Positions 35,892-45,844 of a stretch of 64,000 nt of DNA are shown here, in pieces. The translations under genes were made by a program, and so were the position numbers. The notes below the pieces were generated by a model. That model searched no databases. It was not told where the DNA came from and saw only the letters and a list, made by a program, of their open reading frames with translations. Within the stretch, counting starts at the first letter, position 1. Every line of letters starts with the position of its first letter. The DNA comes from a virus. The DNA lies in IMG/VR virus record IMGVR_UViG_3300036985_002638, positions 9,845 to 73,844 of that record. One strand, given 5' to 3'.

Positions 35892-38516
35892 TTACTTCTT
35901 TTTCCATTTGTTCTTCATTTCTAATTCGTAGTATATAGTACTGTATTGCCCCTTAGATGCGAAGGTAGTGTCATATCCTTTAGATTTCAAATATTCTAAC
36001 TCTTTTTTATTACAAGGTTCTAATGATATAATATCCGCGCATTGTTGTTTAGTGTAAGTATTATTTTGAATGTCGTGTCCTAAATCAGATATATATTTCA
36101 ACTGCGCGGATGTAGCTGCTTCTTGCATCTTTTTCCATCCAAATTGTTTAGCAGGAGGTAAATCAATTAATATAATCTTTTCGTCTTTCTTATGTAAGTT
36201 TTCTACATGAGCAACTCTTCTTTGTCTTTCTTCTAATATTTGTTGTTTTTTAGCATCAGTAGTAAATACTCTATCTTCTAAATTAAGAACTCTATCTAAC
36301 TCCCAACAATTTATAAGCTTGTGTCTTGATGTCGAATCAACGAAGTCCAGGATAGTACAAACTTGACCGTATTTATCAACGTATTCTTTTGATTTTAATC
36401 TAGTACCTCTTCCTACCGATTGAACAAATTTAACTAATGATTTTGTAGGAGATACATTACCAATACACCCTACTTCTGGATGATTAAATCCTGTAGTAAG
36501 CACCATTACATTAGTTAATACTTGTATCTTACCCTTCTTAAAATCAGATATTGTTTGTTTTCTTTCAGGAGTTACTTTTTCGTCTCCAACAACAGGTTTA
36601 CAACTAATTCCGTATTCGTTAAATATTTCAGATAAATCAACCGCGTGTTGTATATCAACACAAAAGAATATCCCTTGTTTTCCTGTAGCGTGTTTGATAT
36701 AACTTTCAACTACTAATCTATTTCTTTTAGGTATATTTACTTCTGTAGCTAAATCCTTTGTATTAAGCTCTCCAGCAGTTGTTTTTACATTGTCTAATGA
36801 AACGTCTGTCTTAATTCTAATACCGTCTAATTGGCATAGGTAATTGTTTTTAATACCATCTGCAATATTGTATTCAAATGTTATTTTATCAAATAAATTA
36901 CCTAGAGATAAGCCGTCCATACGATACGGAGAAGCTGTCAATCCAACCATTAACTTAGGTTTGAAGTAATTTAAAGGCATGATATAAGTTCGACTCATAT
37001 ATTTATGGCACTCGTCCACAATAATTAGATCGAAATAATCTTCAAGTATCTTATCGAGTCTCCTGTAGAGTGTTTGTGCGCTGGCTACGATGACTTCTGC
37101 GTCTATTTTGAACGTATCTGCTTTAATAACGCCCATTCTAAACTGATTATTCTTATTCTCGAAATGACACTTAGCTCCGTTAACCCAATTAATGAATCCT
37201 ATTCCTTCAACGTGTCCAGCCATTTCTTCATCGAATTTATTTTCAATGAATGCAAGTGCTGATTGTTCGATTAGTTCTTCTGTATCAGCGATAAATAGAA
37301 CCCTTTTAGCTTTTAAGCGTTCAGATAGTTCTACTGCAACTTTAGTTTTGCCCGTATTGTGATGTACCGTAAAGTCACCTGTTAAGTATAAATGATTTCC
37401 ATCTAATTCAAACCCATAAAAATCATCTTCTGTTAATGGCTCTACAGAAAATCCAGTAACTAAAACATCTTTTATTTGTCTTCTAGGACTCGCTTGTTTC
37501 CTTTTTATTTTACAAGGAATTTTATCAGTATGTCCGCTTATGTATATTCTATAATATAATCCTTCAAAATTAATTGATTTTATTTTTGCTATTTTTTCTT
37601 TTTTATAAGCGCAAAACCCTAAAGACCTAGCTAAAAATAAAATATCGTCAGCTAAAGAATTGTATTTAGAAGATATTTCATATCCGCATCCATCGTGATT
37701 TAAGCTTCCATCAGAATCAATTAATCCCGCTAATAATTGCAATCTAGCATCCTCGTTTCCTGTTAATAATAGGCTTGGTATTATTTTCTCCCCAGTAATA
37801 CACATACTTTTGCATATTTCAGATATGCTATTCTTATCTTTTCTAGCCTGATGTCCATTTGGCATTGTAAATGAAAAGAACATACACCTATCTTCAGGAA
37901 CAGTTTTTTTAATAGTTATTTCTGGATGGTTTATTGAACAAAACTCTTTAAATTCCCCAAAGAACCAATTTTCAACTTCAATATCAGGAATAGTTATTTG
38001 AGGAGTATTGAATGTTCCGTCTCCTAACCATAATCCTATAAAATAAGGATGAGTAGGACTTCCTTTATCTATACTGCTTATTATTGGCTTTCTGTAAAGT
38101 TTATATAAATGTTTTTTTGATTTACTCCAATCTAAATAATCCTTAACTGTTACGTTTTCTATTTTATTAGGATTATATTTTTCTCTATGAGGTTTTAATG
38201 TAGTTCTTTTTAAAGATAAAATATGGTTTTCGTTAACCATAAATGAATCTCCTTTAACTGGAGTTATTTTATACATCAACTCGTTACCTCTAGCTAAGTT
38301 TAATACGGTTCTTTCAGTAGAATCATCTCCCATTAATTTATCTCCAACAACAATATCCTGAACCATTTTAATAGTTCCGTCAAACATTATGATCGGAGTA
38401 TTTAGAGCATGGCATCCAGTAGCTAATACAAGTAATAGCTTATCATTACCATTCTTTAAATCATCTTCTATACAAGCTAACGCTTGTTCTTGATAAGGCC
38501 TCAAGTTCTTTACCAT
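35892..38516 (-). CDS. SF2 (DExH, ResIII/SSL2-like) helicase containing an intein
   Basis: LRPYQ, split Walker A ATG|TGKT, DECH, TASP, LTTGFN, QSVGRGTR. Confidence 0.9.
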   Translation of the reverse strand: MVKNLRPYQEQALACIEDDLKNGNDKLLLVLATGCHALNTPIIMFDGTIKMVQDIVVGDKLMGDDSTERTVLNLARGNELMYKITPVKGDSFMVNENHILSLKRTTLKPHREKYNPNKIENVTVKDYLDWSKSKKHLYKLYRKPIISSIDKGSPTHPYFIGLWLGDGTFNTPQITIPDIEVENWFFGEFKEFCSINHPEITIKKTVPEDRCMFFSFTMPNGHQARKDKNSISEICKSMCITGEKIIPSLLLTGNEDARLQLLAGLIDSDGSLNHDGCGYEISSKYNSLADDILFLARSLGFCAYKKEKIAKIKSINFEGLYYRIYISGHTDKIPCKIKRKQASPRRQIKDVLVTGFSVEPLTEDDFYGFELDGNHLYLTGDFTVHHNTGKTKVAVELSERLKAKRVLFIADTEELIEQSALAFIENKFDEEMAGHVEGIGFINWVNGAKCHFENKNNQFRMGVIKADTFKIDAEVIVASAQTLYRRLDKILEDYFDLIIVDECHKYMSRTYIMPLNYFKPKLMVGLTASPYRMDGLSLGNLFDKITFEYNIADGIKNNYLCQLDGIRIKTDVSLDNVKTTAGELNTKDLATEVNIPKRNRLVVESYIKHATGKQGIFFCVDIQHAVDLSEIFNEYGISCKPVVGDEKVTPERKQTISDFKKGKIQVLTNVMVLTTGFNHPEVGCIGNVSPTKSLVKFVQSVGRGTRLKSKEYVDKYGQVCTILDFVDSTSRHKLINCWELDRVLNLEDRVFTTDAKKQQILEERQRRVAHVENLHKKDEKIILIDLPPAKQFGWKKMQEAATSAQLKYISDLGHDIQNNTYTKQQCADIISLEPCNKKELEYLKSKGYDTTFASKGQYSTIYYELEMKNKWKKK
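37356..38414 (-). mobile_element. Intein with LAGLIDADG homing endonuclease (353 aa)
   Basis: Starts CHALNTP, ends TVHHN followed by Thr; blocks IGLWLGDG and LAGLIDSDG. Confidence 0.93.
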
Positions 38517-38519
38517 ATA

Positions 38520-39020
38520 CTACTTACCTAATTTTTTAAGGTTACTGAATAGAGTTGCTACTACAGGAATATCTTTAATTCTGTTTCCTGTAACATTAGC
38601 ATGAGGGTAACAGTTTTCAATATCATTAAGACTATATTTAGGGTTGTTGTCTTCTATGTAATTAAATCTGTTTTTTTCTGATGTGAATGTTAAATATCTA
38701 TCAGCCACTTCCTTATCTTGTTTAGAGAAGTTATGAATAACAGCAATATTTTGTGATGGAATAGTTAAATCTTTACTTAATAAATATAATACAGTAAAAT
38801 TCTTTTCAAACATCTCCGCGCCGTCTGTAGTAATGTATATTGGAGATTTACTTTCTATATGCCATGGAATAACATCTTCTTTTACTTCTTCCCAATCTAA
38901 AGAATCTTCTATTATCCATTTGGCAATAGCTTCACATTCTTTATAAGCATAGTAATAGTTCTTGTTACTTACTCCAATTTCTACAATGATTCCTGTTTTT
39001 TTATGTTTGTACTTTTTCAT
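38520..39020 (-). CDS. Hypothetical protein
   Basis: 166 aa downstream of a promoter motif and a palindrome. Confidence 0.55.
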   Translation of the reverse strand: MKKYKHKKTGIIVEIGVSNKNYYYAYKECEAIAKWIIEDSLDWEEVKEDVIPWHIESKSPIYITTDGAEMFEKNFTVLYLLSKDLTIPSQNIAVIHNFSKQDKEVADRYLTFTSEKNRFNYIEDNNPKYSLNDIENCYPHANVTGNRIKDIPVVATLFSNLKKLGK

Positions 39021-39103
39021 AATTATTAATTTAAAAGGTTATACGTTAAATGATTTAGAAAGGTTACGATTATTATAGAAAATAATTCAAAGTTGAGTTA
39101 AAA

Positions 39104-39327
39104 AAGATTAGTGGATGTTGCAACTTATTCTTACATCGGTTTTTGTCTCCCCGAATCACTAATCTCTTAATCCGCCATGGATTTAATAAATATTACAAGT
39201 TATCTCCTCTTACTATAAGATATGAATGAAGCCAAGCAGGGCATCATATCTCCTTACCTGACGTGTATAGTCAATCAGAGACTCCAGCTAGGATTTTAGA
39301 GTCCAGCGGTGGCGTTACCTTGTAATT
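39104..39327 (-). ncRNA. Candidate structured ncRNAs (two domains)
   Basis: Closing stems AGATTAGTG/CACTAATCT (39105-39165) and ATTACAAG/CTTGTAAT (39192-39326) with internal hairpins; GC-richer than flanks, no long ORF. Confidence 0.5.
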
Positions 39328-39329
39328 TG

Positions 39330-39402
39330 TTGTCTGACTAAGGCTCGAACTTAGACTCTACTGAACCAAAATCAGTCGTGTTGCCAGTTACACTATCAGA
39401 CA
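39330..39402 (-). tRNA. tRNA-Gln(TTG)
   Basis: TGTCTGA/TCAGACA acceptor, GTGT/ACAC D-stem, ACTGA-TT TTG GT-TCAGT, CTAAG-TTCGAGC-CTTAG; CCA not encoded. Confidence 0.93.
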
Positions 39403-39405
39403 ATT

Positions 39406-39470
39406 TATCAGCAGATTACTCGTTGTTTTAATAAATCCACTGTTAAGTAGTTTTACGAGGTCTGCTGATA
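39406..39470 (-). ncRNA. Long hairpin immediately upstream of tRNA-Gln
   Basis: TATCAGCAGA/TCTGCTGATA 10-bp stem plus CTCGT/ACGAG. Confidence 0.45.
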
Positions 39471-39527
39471 GTTGTTAAACAAACAATATAAAGAACGATA
39501 GTTTTACCTGATTACAAATTTAATAAA

Positions 39528-39740
39528 TTATATTGGTTTAAAAGGATATACTCCTTTAAAATGTAAGTTAAAGTGTCGTCCAATAGATTCGCTATCAATT
39601 AACTTCCTAAACTCTTCTGCGGACACATCAGAGTATTCGTATTGCTTACCTTGATTGAATGTTACAATAAGGATATTAGTCTCTGTATTGTACTCTAATG
39701 CCTTTATTTGGCTACTTACTACTTCTAATTTAGTTTTCAT
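39528..39740 (-). CDS. KTSC domain protein (start likely at ATG 39740)
   Basis: VVSSQIKALEY...LIVTFNQGKQYEYSDV...SESIGRHFN. Confidence 0.85.
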   Translation of the reverse strand: MKTKLEVVSSQIKALEYNTETNILIVTFNQGKQYEYSDVSAEEFRKLIDSESIGRHFNLHFKGVYPFKPI

Positions 39741-39910
39741 TGTCTTGTTTGTTTGTTTTTTGATTGTGTTTTTCACAAAATAAATCATTTGTAAGTCCAA
39801 CAGATATAATTACTCTACACAAATTACATAGAGTAGCACCACTTCCATTGTTTAATTTGTGTATAGGTTTTATTTTTTTTATCTTTTTCATATTAGTCTT
39901 GTTTGTTTAG

Positions 39911-40204
39911 TTAGTAAAATCCTTTTCCTACTACTTCTTCCCACAACTGAATCATAGTAGTTCTAATAGAATCTTGTTGTTGTTTATCTAATAATCCAAA
40001 ATCGTGTCTATATCTCATAGCCATTGAATCTATAAGTTTAGGGTTTGGACTATTTACTTCAATCTTTTCAGCCATATCTTTTTGACATTGAGTGTAGCCA
40101 TAGGTAACTGCATCCGCAATACTGTGCGAAGTCCAATCATTAAACATATTAACTTTATCAGAATACTTATAGCTTAGTTTTTGTATTTCTTCTTTGCTTT
40201 TCAT
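39911..40204 (-). CDS. Hypothetical protein
   Basis: 97 aa. Confidence 0.5.
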   Translation of the reverse strand: MKSKEEIQKLSYKYSDKVNMFNDWTSHSIADAVTYGYTQCQKDMAEKIEVNSPNPKLIDSMAMRYRHDFGLLDKQQQDSIRTTMIQLWEEVVGKGFY

Positions 40205-40771
40205 AGCGTTTTTGTTTTTAGATTGTTTTGAAATTTATTACACTTTTTATTTTATTTGCATTATCAATAGTTGTTTGTAACATATTACCAGAATAAGAAC
40301 CAAACTTTATTTCTTTCCATAAGGATGAATATAAATCAATCCATTGTGTAACTGTCATAGCAGGCATTCCTTCTAGTATTTTTATTTGATTTTCCATGAT
40401 TATTATTGTTTGATTTATACTGTTAAACGTAAATAAAATAAAAAGGTTACATAAAAAACAAAACTCCCGAATTAACGAGAGTTCTGCTGGACAAAAACAA
40501 GAAATAATCAGTCAAAAAGCAACACGAACCATTTGAAAGTTATGGTAAATTTAATATTTTTAACTCAAAGTTGAATTATTTTTTAAAAGTAATTGAAAAT
40601 ATTTATATCTTTGAGGCATATAATTAATAGGTGAGACTTTTGGTTATATAAAAAAGATTGATTATTTTTACAAAGATTTTATAACATACTGGCTAGTGCT
40701 ACACAACTGCCTCAACTCCTAGAAGTCTCACACGGTAATTCGTTTGAGGCTTTTGTGTTTTTAGGAAGTTT

Positions 40772-41485
40772 ATGAATATTAACCAATTACTAATAAAAGA
40801 TTTAATCGAGATGAATAAGCAGCGTTATTTAGCTGTATTCATTAAGTTTAAGAGTATCTATAGTAGTGGATGTGTTCATAATTATTCTCCTTATAAATTC
40901 TCATCAGTAACTAAATTAAGCCGTAATTCTGTAAAGAAGTATGTAGATTACTTTATTGCTAATGGATGGGCTAGAATGGACGGAAACAACTTAATCTTTA
41001 ATAAATTTAGATCGTTTGACGAGAATAAGAAAAGATTAATGTGTGTCATCAGTTTTAAGAAATCAATAAAAGAAATAGAAATATTATTATACAGAGAAGT
41101 ATTAAGATTAAAACAATCTCAATTTAACTTTCTGAAACGTGTGAAATGCGACCTACAAAATCCAACAGGAATTAAAACGTATAAACGAGCTTTAAATACT
41201 CAGAAAAAATATACACTTAATTCCGAAAACCTCCCAGGTGCGCAGGAGAAGTACAAAGTTTCAATAAAGAAGATTGCAGAGAGTTTTAATTGCTCTGTAG
41301 GTAAAGCAATGGGTGTAATAGATAAACTTTGTGAGAAGAATCAGATTAAGCGATTTAGGCAAATGGAGATAGTTTGTTTTGGTATGACTAAAGCAATTAA
41401 TCAGCAAGCTATAAATACTCACAAAGGAGCTTATTTCAGTAGAAATCAAGTAGTTTATAGATACACTAATAAATATACTTTTTAA
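40772..41485 (+). CDS. Basic wHTH DNA-binding protein (possible Rep or regulator)
   Basis: Two HTH-like segments (LSRNSVKKYVDYF; SIKKIAESFNCSVGKAMGVIDKL); structured leader upstream. Confidence 0.5.
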   Translation: MNINQLLIKDLIEMNKQRYLAVFIKFKSIYSSGCVHNYSPYKFSSVTKLSRNSVKKYVDYFIANGWARMDGNNLIFNKFRSFDENKKRLMCVISFKKSIKEIEILLYREVLRLKQSQFNFLKRVKCDLQNPTGIKTYKRALNTQKKYTLNSENLPGAQEKYKVSIKKIAESFNCSVGKAMGVIDKLCEKNQIKRFRQMEIVCFGMTKAINQQAINTHKGAYFSRNQVVYRYTNKYTF

Positions 41486-41568
41486 TCAATAATTATGTGT
41501 CAAAAAAATGAATCTTATTTAAATCCAACTCCTATTCCTACGGAATACTTAACAGTAATACTTAAACA

Positions 41569-41841
41569 ATGGAAGAACTAGAAAGAAGATATAACGCAAA
41601 AGAACGTCAGCGAAATTCTGATTATTTTAACTCTGAAATTTTACCAGAATTGAAGAAAAAATATGTACACGGAATTATCAATAAAGATAGCGAACAAAAT
41701 AGATTTAAGTACAATAGAAATATCGTTGATTATTATCCAAGAAGAAAGAGATTGTGTCACGTAAATAGTGGACAATGGTTTACGGTGGACGAGGATGAAT
41801 TTATAGCTAGTAGAATAATATTTTTACTTAACAGAAAATAA
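41569..41841 (+). CDS. Hypothetical protein
   Basis: 90 aa, VDYYPRRKRL motif. Confidence 0.5.
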   Translation: MEELERRYNAKERQRNSDYFNSEILPELKKKYVHGIINKDSEQNRFKYNRNIVDYYPRRKRLCHVNSGQWFTVDEDEFIASRIIFLLNRK

Positions 41842-42478
41842 TTGTAACCTTATTTAAAGAAACATAGTATAAGCTATTAAAATTTAAAACATCCGCCGAC
41901 TATGAAAGACTTATCAATTAAATACTCTAAGAGTGAAGTAAGAGAGAGGAAAAAGAGATTTCCTAAATTACATCCGCGAGATAAGCAAAAGAAAAACAAA
42001 GAAATATTCGATAAAAGTTATTTTGGATTATTATTAGCAGAACGTAACCTTTTAAACAAATAAAACGTATAAAAATCATGGAAGAAACATTAATTAAATC
42101 AGCTTATTGGGATAACTTTAATCTTAACTTGTATATTAGTTATCTTCAGAAAAAAATAGCATTAACTTATGGAACAAAATAATATGGGAGCAAATAAATC
42201 AATAAAAGTAATATTCAAGGCATACGATCAAACTCACGAGTTGATATTTCCTGCAACACATCAATTATCTGATGTATCTAATTATCTTCGTAATGTCTGT
42301 AATACTTACATTATTGTAGACTTAATTCCAACTTCAAAAGAACCTACAATTTAACTCAAACTTGAATTATAAATGATTAGAGATAAGTTTATAGAGATTA
42401 TATCTGGCAGAGAGTCTAATATAATAATAGGATTAGGCATATTAGTATTGGTATGTATAGCACTTAATAATTAATAAG

Positions 42479-42805
42479 ATGAGTAAAGAAGAAGCAATAG
42501 ACTTAATAGCAGGTCGCATAATTGATGAGTATAGAAAGCATCCGTTATTAGAATGGAATAAAATAGCGGCTAGTAAAATACACTCGCAATGGTTTCAGCA
42601 TTATACAGATGAGATAAATGATTTAAAGAGTCAATTATTAATATCTGAACAGAAAGTGAAACTAAACTATGTAAATTTAGTAGACGCTATTAATGAGAAT
42701 GAGCAGTTAAAAGAAGGTATATCTGATTTAAAATTACAGCTCAAAGCGGCGGATATTGATTTAGAACATTATAAAAAAATAGCCTCTGATAATAACCATT
42801 TTTAA
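42479..42805 (+). CDS. Coiled-coil hypothetical protein
   Basis: 108 aa. Confidence 0.5.
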   Translation: MSKEEAIDLIAGRIIDEYRKHPLLEWNKIAASKIHSQWFQHYTDEINDLKSQLLISEQKVKLNYVNLVDAINENEQLKEGISDLKLQLKAADIDLEHYKKIASDNNHF

Positions 42806-42994
42806 AACACATAAAATAATGCAAATATTATATTACATATGGGAGGTATTGTGTCAGATATGGCCAATAGCTTTAATAATGGGATTTATATCTATTCCTT
42901 TACTTTGGATATGGTTTAATGAAGAGAGTGAATATGAATCTCTTGATGACCATTATAGCAGTGAGGATGTTAATGATGAATCTAATATTTAATT

Positions 42995-43351
42995 ATGACT
43001 GAGAAACAACTATTCACTTACACTAATACTGTAATATGTGCTGAGTTACTATCTAACTATCTTGAGAGTTTAAAAGAAACTCCTGTGTATAGACAGCAGA
43101 TAAAGCATTTGTCAGGTAATCTGTCCACTGAGTTAGAAAAGATGCTTAAAACAGAACTTCCTAAGATATTTGATGTAGATGAGGTATTCACTGTTAATCT
43201 AATGAGAGAGTATAAGGATTTAGTAGAAAATCTTACTTCGGCATCGGCGGATGATTTAATAGTAATCGGACAACTAATAAAAGAATACAAGAAGGACAGT
43301 AGTAAGTTCCTAGATAAATTTGAAATAACCTTAACTAAGATAGATGAGTAA
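42995..43351 (+). CDS. Hypothetical protein
   Basis: 118 aa helical. Confidence 0.5.
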   Translation: MTEKQLFTYTNTVICAELLSNYLESLKETPVYRQQIKHLSGNLSTELEKMLKTELPKIFDVDEVFTVNLMREYKDLVENLTSASADDLIVIGQLIKEYKKDSSKFLDKFEITLTKIDE

Positions 43352-43652
43352 CATAGAGTCAAATAAATTGATAGCGGAATTTATGCAAATTCCTAAATGT
43401 AAAAGATGTGAAAATTGTGGAGCGTATCAGTATAGTGCGGCTATTATTTTCCATCCAAAAGAAATGCTTTACGACTCATCTTGGGATTGGTTAATGCCAG
43501 TATGTAAAAAGATATGTAAAACAACCCCTTATAACTCTTATTTAGCTATAGAAACTATTACGGTATTTGCGGATATTGAAGATGTGTATAAAGCAGTTGT
43601 AGAATTTATAGAATGGCATAATAAACCTGATAAAATGGTTGTGGACGAATAG
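43344..43652 (+). CDS. Conserved phage protein (NKLIAEFM...YDSSWDWLMPV family)
   Basis: Motif pattern recurrent in Bacteroidota phages; CxxCxxC insert. Confidence 0.55.
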   Translation: MSNIESNKLIAEFMQIPKCKRCENCGAYQYSAAIIFHPKEMLYDSSWDWLMPVCKKICKTTPYNSYLAIETITVFADIEDVYKAVVEFIEWHNKPDKMVVDE

Positions 43653-43776
43653 TCTATTCTAAACTCTAAAACACCCCTGAGCATAATAAAGAATAATGGG
43701 TAAAAACCACTCATAAAACAAAATATATAGGTTTATAGTAATTATATGAATAAAATAATGCAAATTTGAGTTATAA

Positions 43777-44322
43777 ATGGCAGGAAACACTAAACTAATA
43801 GAATCTATAACCTTAAAAGAGCTTCTACCTAAACAGGAGTTGGCGGACCAATCTTGTAATAAAGCCTTCACTCGTCATTTGTGTAACATATTCCTTTACT
43901 TAGACACAACAGAGTGCGCCTTATTCACATGGCTTGTAGGATATAGTGACCAAGTGAACGTATTTACATACTCCACCACTCTATTACAACAGTTTGATAA
44001 AGCTTCTGATAGAGCCATGGAGATATATGGAGTAGATAAGGTAAAGTATAAAACTTCGAGGGACAATGCGCGGATGACATTTATATCTTTAGTAGAGAAA
44101 GGACTATTAATAAGAATAAAAGGTAAGAATAGATTTATGATCAATCCTTATATGGTATATTCAAGTAATCCTAGAAAGTTTGCAAGAGCATCAAGACATA
44201 AGGAGTATTTAGATATTATAGAATTTAGTTCGGCGGATAAACTAGCAGGAGAATTAACAGAATATTGTAATGATATAGAAAGAGTGTTTAAAGAATATAC
44301 AAAGAAATATGGAAATTGGTAA
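43777..44322 (+). CDS. wHTH protein, RepL-like
   Basis: FISLVEKGLLIRIKGKNRFMINPYMVY; palindrome directly upstream. Confidence 0.5.
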   Translation: MAGNTKLIESITLKELLPKQELADQSCNKAFTRHLCNIFLYLDTTECALFTWLVGYSDQVNVFTYSTTLLQQFDKASDRAMEIYGVDKVKYKTSRDNARMTFISLVEKGLLIRIKGKNRFMINPYMVYSSNPRKFARASRHKEYLDIIEFSSADKLAGELTEYCNDIERVFKEYTKKYGNW

Positions 44323-44647
44323 GCGTAAGTCTAAAGTAATTACATTAAAAGGAGAGGATGCCTTCATAAGACTCCTAGCAGCTCAATTTGGCACCACGGC
44401 GGATATGGAAATAAATCTTATTAAAGTCCTTATTAAATTCGACTTGTTTACGCCATTTTGTATGGAGAAGCATATGAGACGGCGGATACAAAAAGAGATG
44501 GATGTACCTTACACAACATTAGGAACAGCTATAACCCGACTAATAAAGTCAGGTATAATAGCAAGGAACGGAAAGAATGTTTATGTTAATGTCGCTTTTA
44601 GGGGTCTCGAAAATATAGATTCAATAGTGTTTAAGAAAGCATTATAA
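44309..44647 (+). CDS. wHTH DNA-binding protein
   Basis: IQKEMDVPYTTLGTAITRLIKSGIIARNG. Confidence 0.55.
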   Translation: MEIGKRKSKVITLKGEDAFIRLLAAQFGTTADMEINLIKVLIKFDLFTPFCMEKHMRRRIQKEMDVPYTTLGTAITRLIKSGIIARNGKNVYVNVAFRGLENIDSIVFKKAL

Positions 44648-45137
44648 ATTTTTTGCGCTTTAAATTTATATTAACATAATACCTTGTAGTGTTGTAATAT
44701 TTACATAATTCAGATATCGAATTAAAATACCTATTATCATCTTTGTTCATTATTTTCTTAGACATTCTATCTGTACTTATTCGCTTATTCAATTCACTTA
44801 TTTTAGCAAGTCCACTTTTGTGCGCGTGATAAGTGTTTTCGCTAGCCGTAACCCACTCTAAATTAGAAACATGATTGTTCAACTTATTACCATCTTTATG
44901 ATTCACTTGAGGTAGATTATTTTCGTTTTCTATAAAATGAATTGCAACCAATCTATGAATATAGAAATTAGCTCTTTTTTTTAGATACGTTAAGCTAACT
45001 TGTAAATATCCTGCTCCAGCTATATTTGCAGCCATTTTCTTTTGGTTTTTTCTAATAACTATTGCTGTATTGCTTATTTTATAAATACCTTCATAGCCTA
45101 TTACATCTTTCCAAATTTCATTTTCTATATTTTCCAT
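44631..45137 (-). CDS. NUMOD4-HNH homing endonuclease (start likely at ATG 45137)
   Basis: EIWKDVIGYEGIYKISN, IHRLVAIHF, VNHKDGNKLNNHVSNLEW. Confidence 0.9.
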   Translation of the reverse strand: MENIENEIWKDVIGYEGIYKISNTAIVIRKNQKKMAANIAGAGYLQVSLTYLKKRANFYIHRLVAIHFIENENNLPQVNHKDGNKLNNHVSNLEWVTASENTYHAHKSGLAKISELNKRISTDRMSKKIMNKDDNRYFNSISELCKYYNTTRYYVNINLKRKKFIMLS

Positions 45138-45544
45138 TTTAATTAAAATAAGAAACCCTCTAAGTTTGAGGTGGTAGACTCGCACAAAAAGGGTTCTTTT
45201 TTAAATATTTTTATATTATCGCTACCACACGACAGCGTAAAAGTAGTTATTTTAGTTTAATTAAGCAAGTAATTTAGATTATAATTCCTTTTATAAATTA
45301 ATCTCTAGCAAGCCCTGAGTTACGCTCCTCGTATCGTTGCTCCCAATAGTCAAAACTCGTTTGTTCGTAATGTTTTTGGCATTTCCAATTAAGGTTTTCG
45401 ATGTCGGAGGATGGTATCAACTCGCTAATCTCCAGACTTCCATTCTTAATAGAGTTTATTCTAATAGTAACTTCACCATCTTCTTTGAAGTATTCGAAGT
45501 CTATATCAATATTGATTATAGCTCCATCAATAGTTATTTCAGTG

Positions 45545-45844
45545 TTATATGTCATGGTTAGTTGCTTTGTTTATTACATCGTTTATTCTTTCCTTTTGGA
45601 ATAAAAATAAATTATCCCAAATATCTGTATTGTTTTTTATTTCAATCAAAACCTCTAATAATTCAGGTGCGGCGGCTATTAATCTAGCATTTGCGTTACC
45701 TTCTTCATCGTCAGTATCAAAGCACCATACTGTAGCTAAATTTTCAGTTGAACCGTGTAAATTAGATATATCTATTCCAACTGCGCCGTGTTCATTAATA
45801 CTTGTTTCGTCTTCTGTCACCCATGGTCCCTTTGTATGTTTCAT
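45545..45844 (-). CDS. KHTPGPW...NARLIAAAP family phage protein
   Basis: MKHTKGPW and ANARLIAAAPELLE. Confidence 0.7.
   Translation of the reverse strand: MKHTKGPWVTEDETSINEHGAVGIDISNLHGSTENLATVWCFDTDDEEGNANARLIAAAPELLEVLIEIKNNTDIWDNLFLFQKERINDVINKATNHDI

Noticed and set aside
39255-39282. Hammerhead ribozyme core (CTGA...GA on the minus strand)
   Set aside because: Reads CTGATTGA and lacks the GAAA element after stem II.
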